A DNA stretch of 25,732 bases from a virus. Positions 16,661 through 24,128 of this stretch are shown one piece after another; position 1 is the stretch's first letter; every line of letters begins with the position of its first letter. The DNA is taken from IMG/VR virus record IMGVR_UViG_2791355071_000005, positions 1-25,732 of that record; one strand, 5' to 3'. The translations under genes were made by a program, and so were the position numbers. A model generated the notes under the pieces. The model searched no databases, was not told where the DNA came from, and saw only the letters and a program-made list of their open reading frames with translations.

Positions 16661-17949
16661 CGTGTTCGCTTGCCAGTCAAGCCCGGCTTTACTTTCCCTA
16701 TTCAGACCTTGCTATTGGACTCTATGAGGTGTCCACACGGTCTCAGCGAGGGAAGTATTCTCACGCGAAGATCCGCATTAAGCGGGAAGATGGAGACACC
16801 ATCGAGAACGAGGTGGCAGTCGAGGAGCCGGTCTTGCTCAAGTTCGGCGACGTTGTTCAGAATCGCTACATCTACGAATCAGATAGTCTCCGGCTCGCTA
16901 ACGACAAGGCGTGGCTGACTCTGTACGACGCCCGGAGAATCCTCAACAGCGGAGTTATCTCTAACAAGTTCGATGAAGTCTCATTAGAAGACGTTGTATC
17001 GTTTATCGTCGAGGAGAGGGAAGACCCGTTCAACGCGATCACGGGATATGCGTTCCCAGATGAATCGGCGAACGCCGAAACACAAAGTTGGAAAGAGCAG
17101 TACGTTGAGGCGGTGGCCGGAGAAGACGTCGACGCAAACGATGGCGGGCTTCTCGGATTCGTTGAAACAGCCGGAGCATTTCTGACTGGCCTGATAGCCG
17201 ACGCGACGTTCATTCGTCGTGACAAAGGCGGATTTGACTTTGAGGACATATCGCCGAATGACGCTCTCAAACAAGTCGAGGCCGAGTACGGCGTTGAGGC
17301 GTGGGTTAACGAGGAAGGCGTCTTGTACGTCGGCCGTCCCGAAAGCTCACCCAACAACAGACACGTTGTTCCCCCAAACATTCGGGAGTCTCCCTACGTC
17401 ATTTCCGATTACAATATCACGAAGGGCGTGACGCCGATTACGAACGTCCACCTCACGGGAACGCAGACGTGGCAGAAAACTGGTGACGGGATGTTTGACG
17501 GCAATAAGGCGCTCTACCCCATCGGTCGGGCGACGATCGAGGGCCAAGACGGGGGGACATACGCCCCGGACGAACCGTTACGACTCCGTTCTCCTGAAGC
17601 CCTTGAGAGAGCGGCCCGAAACAGGCTGATCGACTTGGCTATGTCCGAACGGAACGGGAATTTCGTTCTCAACGGATTCGCGTCTACGGAGCCGGAGAAG
17701 CTGGTCACCATGTCTGTTGGCGACACTCTCGTTGTAGCACCCAATATCGGTGAATACTGTACAAAGGACGTGGACGGCGGCGTGTTCGTCGTTGAGGAAG
17801 TCCAGCACCGGATAGATACCCGGAACGGCTGGAAGGTGACCGCCGAGGTCGGCGCGGTTCCAGACAATATCACCACCTCGTCGGTGTGGTATCTACCCGA
17901 AAAGGACGAAGAATACGCTGACCTACCCGCTTACCAAAATGACAACTAA
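16657..17949 (+). CDS. Baseplate hub protein (Mu gpP / P2 gpD-like)
   Basis: 430 aa with hub-type segments (EAWVNEEGVLYVG; GVFVVEEVQHRIDTRNGWKVTAEV). Confidence 0.75.
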   Translation: MTCSLASQARLYFPYSDLAIGLYEVSTRSQRGKYSHAKIRIKREDGDTIENEVAVEEPVLLKFGDVVQNRYIYESDSLRLANDKAWLTLYDARRILNSGVISNKFDEVSLEDVVSFIVEEREDPFNAITGYAFPDESANAETQSWKEQYVEAVAGEDVDANDGGLLGFVETAGAFLTGLIADATFIRRDKGGFDFEDISPNDALKQVEAEYGVEAWVNEEGVLYVGRPESSPNNRHVVPPNIRESPYVISDYNITKGVTPITNVHLTGTQTWQKTGDGMFDGNKALYPIGRATIEGQDGGTYAPDEPLRLRSPEALERAARNRLIDLAMSERNGNFVLNGFASTEPEKLVTMSVGDTLVVAPNIGEYCTKDVDGGVFVVEEVQHRIDTRNGWKVTAEVGAVPDNITTSSVWYLPEKDEEYADLPAYQNDN

Positions 17950-18436
17950 ATTAGGACGAGTTACATCGGTGTTCATTGACCCCGACGACAACGAGGTGAA
18001 GGTAAGCGTTCTTACTGGACCGAGACAAGAGGCGCGGGTCATTCCGTTCAAGACCCCAGCGAAGGGGCTGTGGGCGGTTCCAAACGAGGGGGACGTGGTT
18101 GAGGTGTACCACGTCAATCGAGAGCCGAACGCCCGGTATCCTCACAACAGCCCGGAGTTCTCTATTCCCGCAGACTTGGGAGAAGGGGACTTCTGTATCA
18201 AGCTGAATGAGGGAACCGAGCTACGCTTCTCGACTCAAGAAGACGGTACGGTGGATCTATCGGTAACTGCTGACGGAGACGTCTCAGTCACCGCACCGAG
18301 TGTTAAGATCGGAGACAGCAATGGGGACTTCAAGCCAGTTGCCCGACTGGGAGACTCCATTAGCGGCACCGGCTACGATGGGGCCTCTGTCTCCGGACAG
18401 ATTGAGACAGGATCTTCATCCGTTAAATCGTCCTAA
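17939..18436 (+). CDS. Baseplate central spike (P2 gpV-like)
   Basis: OB-fold-like N-terminus with WAVPNEGDVVEV, a beta-helix-like middle, and C-terminal VARLGD...GQIETGSSSV. Confidence 0.8.
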   Translation: MTTKLGRVTSVFIDPDDNEVKVSVLTGPRQEARVIPFKTPAKGLWAVPNEGDVVEVYHVNREPNARYPHNSPEFSIPADLGEGDFCIKLNEGTELRFSTQEDGTVDLSVTADGDVSVTAPSVKIGDSNGDFKPVARLGDSISGTGYDGASVSGQIETGSSSVKSS

Positions 18437-18539
18437 GAAGGAACGCGGTTCACATTGGAACGACGCCCTTCTCGCAGAACTCGTTAAAATCCGTTTACAG
18501 TCTTCCCTTTAGTTGATCCTGTAGTTCAAAACGCCACAC

Positions 18540-18600
18540 CACACTATTAGTGTGATTCATATTAAGCGCACTGTATTAACAATATAATGTACTCATATTA
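18540..18600. promoter_or_regulatory. AT-rich intergenic element with a 15-bp palindrome and TATA-like boxes
   Basis: CACACTA-T-TAGTGTG at 18540-18554 and AATATAA at 18581-18587, in a spacer of about 165 bp between the spike and gp25-like genes. Confidence 0.45.
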
Positions 18601-18603
18601 TTC

Positions 18604-18924
18604 ATGGATTTAGGGCTAAACGAAAATTTTGATCTCTCATTAGACGACAGAAATGACCTTCCGCTCGTCCGGGGCCGAGAGGGGTTTGAACAGCGGCTTC
18701 GGCTTTCCGTCACATCATTTTTCAAGAACGTCGTTGGGGACACGAGCCGGGGAACCGCACGGAAACTGATCGAGCTACAGGCACAGCGTATTGCCCAGCA
18801 GTATACCGAGATAGATCGAGTCGTTCAGATTCAGACCGAATACGACGGGATGCGGGCGAACACGATTAACTTGACAATTATCTACGACACGGGAGACGAC
18901 TTCACGTTCCCCATTTCTGACTAA
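18604..18924 (+). CDS. Baseplate wedge protein (T4 gp25 / P2 gpW-like)
   Basis: 106 aa. MDLGLNENFDLSLD...LVRGREGFEQRLRL is typical of this family, and it lies upstream of the J-like gene. Confidence 0.75.
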   Translation: MDLGLNENFDLSLDDRNDLPLVRGREGFEQRLRLSVTSFFKNVVGDTSRGTARKLIELQAQRIAQQYTEIDRVVQIQTEYDGMRANTINLTIIYDTGDDFTFPISD

Positions 18925-18925
18925 A

Positions 18926-20149
18926 ATGACGATGGAAGACGGGCGCTTCGTCCCGGACGCGGAAGACGAAGTGCTGGAAGTTCTGATGAACAACGCCCGC
19001 GACGTGTTCGGGCCAGATCTGAACGACGACGAGGAAGCGGTCATACGACTTATCTACATTCCGGTGTCTCGTCTGTTGGCGGAGAGCCAAAGCGAACTAC
19101 GGACGGTTCTCGACTCGGCCCAACTGGAGTTTGCCCAGGGGAAGGCTCTCGAACTACTAACCGCCCTTATTGGCGTTCGTCGCCGGCCAGCGACACGGGC
19201 GATCGGGGAAGTGACGTTCAGTCGGGAGACCGCCGCGACGGTTAGCTATACGATCCCGAGAGGGACGCGGGTACAAACCGACGCTGTTGATCCGGTTCGG
19301 TTTGAGACTACCGAGGCAGTCACACTTCCTGCCGATCAGACGAGCGTTTCAGGTGTCCCTGTAAGGGCGTCCGAGCCTGGAGTCTCTGCGAACGTTGGGT
19401 CGAACACGCTGACTGTAATGACCAATCCGCCTACGGGGGTGGAGGCGGTCACGAATCCAGACCAGACCGATGGGGGAACAGACGCCGAGGAGGACGACGA
19501 TCTTCGCGCTCGGGCCAAGGACGAGCTTTCTGACGGCATGAGGGGAACGGCTCGTGGGATTCGGAACCAGTTGGTCAAAATGCCGACTGTCAAATCGGTC
19601 TCGCTGTTCATTAACGACGGTGAACAGACCGACGCGGCAGGAATCCCGTCCCAGCACACGGAGTGCGTCGTGGAGGGCGGCGACGACCAAGACGTGGGCC
19701 AGACCATTTTCGACTCAAAAGGGGCCGGTGACGGGACACACGGCGGCGCTCACGGGACCAGCGTAACCGTCGAAGTCGACATAGGTAATGGTCAGACGCA
19801 CCCGGTTTCGTTCTCTCGTCCGAACGTCGTCCAGATTTTCGTCGACATGGAGCTGTCCACGAACGACGAATACGGAGGCGACGACAGCGTTCGGGACGCG
19901 ATCGTACAGTACATTGGCGGGACGATTACCTCCGGAGCAGACGATGACGGCGAGCTTCGGGTGGGTGACGACGTGATCTACACGAAAATCTTGTCGGCTG
20001 TTCTTTCGGTTAACGGGATAGACGACGTTCCTGCTCTTAGGGTCGGGAAGGCGGCTTCTCCGGATGGGGTCTCGAACGTCGCTGTTGCGGATACCGAGGT
20101 TGCGACTTCGGACGCGACGGACGGCTCGATTACGATTACTGCGGTGTGA
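18926..20149 (+). CDS. Baseplate J-like protein
   Basis: 407 aa with AQGKALELL...GVRRRPAT, IPRGTRV, PGVSANVG and GGTDAEEDDDLRAR, which are hallmark gpJ motifs. Confidence 0.92.
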   Translation: MTMEDGRFVPDAEDEVLEVLMNNARDVFGPDLNDDEEAVIRLIYIPVSRLLAESQSELRTVLDSAQLEFAQGKALELLTALIGVRRRPATRAIGEVTFSRETAATVSYTIPRGTRVQTDAVDPVRFETTEAVTLPADQTSVSGVPVRASEPGVSANVGSNTLTVMTNPPTGVEAVTNPDQTDGGTDAEEDDDLRARAKDELSDGMRGTARGIRNQLVKMPTVKSVSLFINDGEQTDAAGIPSQHTECVVEGGDDQDVGQTIFDSKGAGDGTHGGAHGTSVTVEVDIGNGQTHPVSFSRPNVVQIFVDMELSTNDEYGGDDSVRDAIVQYIGGTITSGADDDGELRVGDDVIYTKILSAVLSVNGIDDVPALRVGKAASPDGVSNVAVADTEVATSDATDGSITITAV

Positions 20150-20152
20150 CCG

Positions 20153-20803
20153 ATGAGTGTTTATTTAGACCACGAAACCACCGAGGAGTCGCTGGCGGCC
20201 CAACTCCCCGACTTCATGCCGAAAGACCCGGAGAGCGGGAATTACAAGTTTCTCTCAACGATCGCGGAACGGCTGGACGCGACCGACGCCGACATAGCCT
20301 CGGTCGATCGGGCCACGACCGTCCAGTATGCCGACACCGTTGATCAACTGGAGCGATTGGCCCGGCTGGTGGACTTGCGGCCGTATCGAGACGAGACGCG
20401 TGAGCATTACCGGGCGCGGGTTCTCGCGGAGTTTCAGTTAGTTACCTCACAGGGAACGGTCAAAGACCTCCTGAACGCAACGGCAACGATTCTGGACATT
20501 GAGATTGAAGACATTGGCTACACCGAGGAGTACACCGCTGGTGGGGGGAGCGCCCGGATCAATGTCCCGCTATCGAAACTCGATCAGATCGCGCTTTCAG
20601 ATACCGAGTTCGGGCGAATTGTTTCCGGGCTAATTCCCGCAAGCTACCGGCTGGACGTACTGAAAGAGGGAACGTTCACGTACATCAGCCCGGAGACGTA
20701 CAACGACGAAACGTTCGCACACGACCCCGAGAGGGGGTATGACGGGCTTGATGGAAGCGGCGATCCAAAAGACAACGGCGGCACTTACGCGGGAGTTCTA
20801 TAA
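20153..20803 (+). CDS. Baseplate wedge/tail-fibre attachment protein (P2 gpI-like)
   Basis: 216 aa after gpJ, containing QLERLARLVDL...ETREHYRARV...GTVKDL. Confidence 0.75.
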   Translation: MSVYLDHETTEESLAAQLPDFMPKDPESGNYKFLSTIAERLDATDADIASVDRATTVQYADTVDQLERLARLVDLRPYRDETREHYRARVLAEFQLVTSQGTVKDLLNATATILDIEIEDIGYTEEYTAGGGSARINVPLSKLDQIALSDTEFGRIVSGLIPASYRLDVLKEGTFTYISPETYNDETFAHDPERGYDGLDGSGDPKDNGGTYAGVL

Positions 20804-20806
20804 CAC

Positions 20807-22234
20807 ATGGCAGATTATTCTACACTATTACAGACGTGGGGCGACACCGGAGAAGCATACCCCACCGGCTACTCTGTTCTTGAAGGCGAACAGCCAGTAG
20901 ACGCGTGGGAGAACTTTGCGAAGTACAATATTATTGAAGACCTGAAGCACCTGATCTCGCTTACGAACGAGCGGATAGAGACGGACAAGGGGACCGCTGG
21001 GAGCGAGCCGTCGACACCGGATCCTTCTCACCTGTTTCACGACACGGACAGCGAGGCGCTGAAACTGTGGGATGGAACGGCTGGTTCGTGGCACCGCCTT
21101 CTCGCCGCTGACGGCGACACCCTTGAGGGGGCGCTGAACTTTGACGGAAAGGCCGCCCAGAACGTCGGGCCGCTCAACATGGCCGCGACCGCCGACCTCG
21201 ACGGCAACGACCTCGTTGACGGAGCGGCAACGGTTTGGGACGCGACTGCTGGAGAGGTTCCGCTATCGGCTCTTGCGAACGACTCGGTGACTGTTGCGGC
21301 GGGAAGTGGGCTGTCTGGTGGAGGCTCTGTCTCTCTCGGCGGCTTGGTTACCCTTGATGTGTCCGATGGGTCTGGAAGCGGTCTGGACGCCGACACGGTA
21401 GACGGCTTCCACGCAGAAGACCTCGGTATGAATATCGAGGAAGATGGTTCGCTGGCTGTATCCAGTTCGACCGGGATTGACTTCACCGGACACCTGAACG
21501 TGATTGACGACGGTGACGGGACGGTAACGATTGACCCGACACACAATCACGACGGGAGATACTACACCCAAAGCGAGGTTCGAAATTGGGTCAATGGTAA
21601 CGCCGACGTTCCGAACGCCGACTACGCCGACTCGGCCGGAAACGCGGACACCCTCGACGGAAACCACGCGAGTTCGTTTGCGTCGTCCGGGCACACCCAC
21701 GACGGGAGGTACTACACCAAGTCTCAGACCCGTAGTTGGGTCAATAACAGCGCAGATGTTCCTAATGCTGATTACGCCGATAATGCGGGAAACGCTGATA
21801 CGGTAGATGGGTTTGATGCTTCCCAACTAACGGGACCAGATGTGTCCTACATCAACGATCCAGACCTTTTCGGTTCCTACGTTACTAATGACCCTAATGG
21901 AAAGTTCCCAATCAAAACGGGATTCGACCCCATTTCTTCAGTCAGAAATATATCGGGTACCGTGAGGCTTGAAGCAGGTGGTAATAATGATAGATTACAA
22001 GCAGACCTCCAAGAAGTCCAGATACGTAATGCGGAGACGGGAAATTGGGAGACGATAGACACGATAAACGATACTGTGTTTTGCTATGATGATGAAATAA
22101 AAACGCGGTCGTTCTCTGGTCTTAGTGGGGGGGCGATTACGAACGAAATACGAGTCAAAGGAGGCATTGTGAACAACGATTACGAAGGAGAGGTAACACT
22201 ATCCGCAGGTGGAGAAATAAAGGTGGTTCTCTGA
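20807..22234 (+). CDS. Tail fibre protein
   Basis: 475 aa, Gly/Asp/Ser-rich, with DADTVDG and HxHDGRYYT repeats. It follows the baseplate genes. Confidence 0.85.
   Translation: MADYSTLLQTWGDTGEAYPTGYSVLEGEQPVDAWENFAKYNIIEDLKHLISLTNERIETDKGTAGSEPSTPDPSHLFHDTDSEALKLWDGTAGSWHRLLAADGDTLEGALNFDGKAAQNVGPLNMAATADLDGNDLVDGAATVWDATAGEVPLSALANDSVTVAAGSGLSGGGSVSLGGLVTLDVSDGSGSGLDADTVDGFHAEDLGMNIEEDGSLAVSSSTGIDFTGHLNVIDDGDGTVTIDPTHNHDGRYYTQSEVRNWVNGNADVPNADYADSAGNADTLDGNHASSFASSGHTHDGRYYTKSQTRSWVNNSADVPNADYADNAGNADTVDGFDASQLTGPDVSYINDPDLFGSYVTNDPNGKFPIKTGFDPISSVRNISGTVRLEAGGNNDRLQADLQEVQIRNAETGNWETIDTINDTVFCYDDEIKTRSFSGLSGGAITNEIRVKGGIVNNDYEGEVTLSAGGEIKVVL
21542..21830 (+). repeat. Tandem 150-nt (50-aa) repeat in the tail fibre
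   Basis: HNHDGRYYTQSEVRNWVNGNADVPNADYADSAGNADTLDG starts at 21542 and HTHDGRYYTKSQTRSWVNNSADVPNADYADNAGNADTVDG starts at 21692. Confidence 0.9.
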
Positions 22235-22315
22235 CCGCCCACTCCTTGCCGAGTTTTGCCAATGTCGATAGTGTAGACTTTGGCACAATTGACTTCGCTT
22301 GGAGCGCGAAATTTG

Positions 22316-22330
22316 AAATGTTATATTATG
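22316..22330 (+). promoter_or_regulatory. Candidate archaeal promoter (BRE/TATA-like) for the 22345 cassette
   Basis: GAAATG-TTATATTA in an AT-rich spacer. TTATATT starts 24 nt before the ATG at 22345, which is compatible with a leaderless transcript although slightly short. Confidence 0.4.
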
Positions 22331-22344
22331 AGACATAAACCCAT

Positions 22345-22458
22345 ATGATTTCTACAATACCTCTTGGTGCGGTAGTCGCACCTATCATCTCGGCGATTGG
22401 CGTAACGCTTCTGTATCACAATTACCCCCCACGCTCCGCGGTACCGGGGGTTCGGTGA
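22345..22458 (+). CDS. Predicted 37-aa single-pass membrane peptide (not in the ORF track)
   Basis: MISTIPLGAVVAPIISAIGVTLLYHNYPPRSAVPGVR. Its TGA overlaps the GTG of the next gene (GTGA). Confidence 0.45.
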   Translation: MISTIPLGAVVAPIISAIGVTLLYHNYPPRSAVPGVR

Positions 22459-22775
22459 ACATGAGTATTCTAAAATGGCTCGGAGCGGGTAGTGAAGACG
22501 AGACGCCCCGATATGGGATTCTATCATCGCGGGCTGAATGGCACGCTTTTGCTATCGGTCTCTCTGTCGGATTCACAACGGCCCTAACCGGCGGGAAGGA
22601 CGCCGCGTGGCTGTTCATTATCCTTGCGGGGATTGCGTTTGGAACGGCCGAGGTGGAAGTCGGCCACCTCAAGCACGTTCAGAAGGAGCCGTACTACGCG
22701 CTGGTGGCGTCGATGGTCGGGTTCCTTCTGACGGCGTTCGTGATCATCCCTCGGCTTCCGGCGGGGGTGCTGTGA
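22455..22775 (+). CDS. Small multi-pass membrane protein (holin-like candidate)
   Basis: 104-106 aa with three hydrophobic segments and two possible starts (GTG 22455, ATG 22461). It lies after the tail fibre gene. Confidence 0.6.
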   Translation: MNMSILKWLGAGSEDETPRYGILSSRAEWHAFAIGLSVGFTTALTGGKDAAWLFIILAGIAFGTAEVEVGHLKHVQKEPYYALVASMVGFLLTAFVIIPRLPAGVL

Positions 22776-22879
22776 TGGGTGGCTTTGCTTCTCGCTGTAG
22801 AGAGTGTGGTTCTGAAAATGTCCAGCCTATCGGCGGGTGTCCGACGTGCTGGGATTGCGGCTGGTCGGCTTGCGGGTAG
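22775..22879 (+). CDS. 34-aa Cys-rich zinc-ribbon micro-protein
   Basis: MGGFASRCRECGSENVQPIGGCPTCWDCGWSACG. The ATG overlaps the upstream TGA. Confidence 0.65.
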   Translation: MGGFASRCRECGSENVQPIGGCPTCWDCGWSACG

Positions 22880-22953
22880 CCCCGTAGCTCCACCGGGCGC
22901 GCTGTAAGGGGGCGGGCTGTCGATTTTCCGACCCCCCCGGTGCGCTTCCATTT

Positions 22954-22996
22954 CCGTCCGGGACTGTGTGTAGACAGTCTCGGGCGGCTCTTTTTT
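22954..22996 (+). terminator. Hairpin plus T-tract between convergent genes
   Basis: 14-bp stem CCGTCCGGGACTGT / ACAGTCTCGGGCGG (two G-U pairs) with a 6-nt loop, followed by CTC-TTTTTT. Confidence 0.6.
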
Positions 22997-23009
22997 AGAC
23001 TCTAACTTA

Positions 23010-24017
23010 TCATATATCCTTCAGATATTCTCGACGACGTTCGGCTTTCTCGTCGTGCGAACCTTTGTCATAGTGTTTGTCGAGGATCTTCCCGCTCATG
23101 TTGACTCGTTCGCTGGTCACGTCTTTCGGCTGGCCGGCGTTTTGGGCGGCGGTCACGTAGCCCCGGCGGATGGCGTGGGGGCTGACCGAGCCGGGACACT
23201 TGTTCGCTTGATCGAACGGGATCGCTTCACAGGTGTCGGGGTCTCTGTTGTATGGGCACTTCCCGCCGTTGTGGTGACATGGCCGGGTTGACGTGTAGAC
23301 GTACTTTTGGATCGTAGTCCGTGCGGCCCGCCCTTCGCGGGTGCTGATTAGGGGCCTTCGTCCGAATTTGTCGGTCGTTTCGTCTCTCCGGTCGTTAATG
23401 TAGTCGGAGATTATCTCGGCGGAGTCGGGTGAGAGGATCACGTCCCGTTCGCTCTTCTCTTTCCGCTTGAGGGGGGTCTTGGTTTCGGGCCGGTGTCGGA
23501 TTTCCAGAGCCGGGCGAGCTTGGTCGAAGTCTCGCACGTCTAAGGCCCGAAGGCCACTTAGCCGCATCCCGCCTTTCCAGAGGATCAGCATGACGGCGTG
23601 ACGCGTGCTGGCGTATTCGTATTTTGAGAGGTACTGGAGTATGGACTTCGCTTCTTGCCGCGTGAGGTATTCGTCGCAGATTTCGTCGTCTTCGGAGACT
23701 TTGGGGATTCGGATGAGGTCGCTGAGTCCGGTGGGAACGGCTTGGATTGTCGCGGCGTATTCGATGAAGTTCCGGACGGTGTTCATGTCGTTCTTCGCCG
23801 TGATGGGCTTCACGTCTTCCAGTCTCCACTCTTTGAAGCGGTCGATTAGCTCGGAGTCGAGGTCGTTCATGTCCTCGATTCCGCGCTCGTCGCACCATTC
23901 GAGGAAGCGGCGGAGGGTGGTGCTGTAGTTGTAGTGGGTCTTGTCTGTGATGTGGCCTTCTACGTCTCGGAGGTAGCGGTTCACGGCGTCTTTCGGCGGC
24001 GTGGGTTTGAGTTTCAT
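23010..24017 (-). CDS. int: Tyrosine integrase (335 aa; haloarchaeal SNJ2-like size and N-terminus)
   Basis: Catalytic set GMRLSGL (R), TPLK (K), HAIRR (HxxR) and KHYD (Y). The start MKLKPTPPKDAVNRYL is preceded by AGGAG 8 nt upstream. Confidence 0.92.
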   Translation of the reverse strand: MKLKPTPPKDAVNRYLRDVEGHITDKTHYNYSTTLRRFLEWCDERGIEDMNDLDSELIDRFKEWRLEDVKPITAKNDMNTVRNFIEYAATIQAVPTGLSDLIRIPKVSEDDEICDEYLTRQEAKSILQYLSKYEYASTRHAVMLILWKGGMRLSGLRALDVRDFDQARPALEIRHRPETKTPLKRKEKSERDVILSPDSAEIISDYINDRRDETTDKFGRRPLISTREGRAARTTIQKYVYTSTRPCHHNGGKCPYNRDPDTCEAIPFDQANKCPGSVSPHAIRRGYVTAAQNAGQPKDVTSERVNMSGKILDKHYDKGSHDEKAERRREYLKDI

Positions 24018-24100
24018 CGGTGGGTCTCCTGCCGGGGTCTGCTGGAGGCACGCCCGTCGATGGATCGGCGGTAGCGGGGCGGCCTGGAGGGCCGCTCCGC

Positions 24101-24128
24101 GTCGAGGGTTCAAATCCCTCCTCCGGCT
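24101..24128 (+). other. att core: 3' fragment of a tRNA gene, probably tRNA-Thr
   Basis: GTC + T-arm GAGGG-TTCAAAT-CCCTC + acceptor strand CTCCGGC + discriminator T. It resembles the 3' end of haloarchaeal tRNA-Thr(CGU) as recalled, and lies between the integrase and GC-richer host DNA. Confidence 0.8.

Larger units (their letters stand above)
1..24128. mobile_element. Integrated haloarchaeal myovirus-type provirus (right part; left end outside the window)
   Basis: Complete head-neck-contractile tail-baseplate gene order, strongly acidic proteins, a terminal tyrosine integrase next to a tRNA 3' fragment, and a GC increase after about 24130. The gene order resembles HF1/HF2-type haloviruses, but family assignment cannot be verified here. 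Confidence 0.93.

Noticed and set aside
21542-21830. Diversity-generating retroelement TR/VR pair in the tail fibre
   Set aside because: Both copies are in-frame within the gene, the differences are mostly synonymous and not adenine-specific, and no reverse transcriptase is in the window.
20807-24017. Invertible tail-fibre locus of the phiCh1/phiH type
   Set aside because: There is only one fibre gene, no inverted partial copy and no flanking inverted repeats were seen. The recombinase sits beside an att site.
24031-24128. Intact tRNA-Ser(GGA), suggested by the loop CTGGAGG in a GC stem plus a T-arm and acceptor pairing
   Set aside because: There is no canonical D-arm, an extra hairpin precedes the putative anticodon arm, and the long Ser variable arm is missing. 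The 3' end with a U discriminator fits Thr better. It is treated as an att fragment plus a possible mimic.
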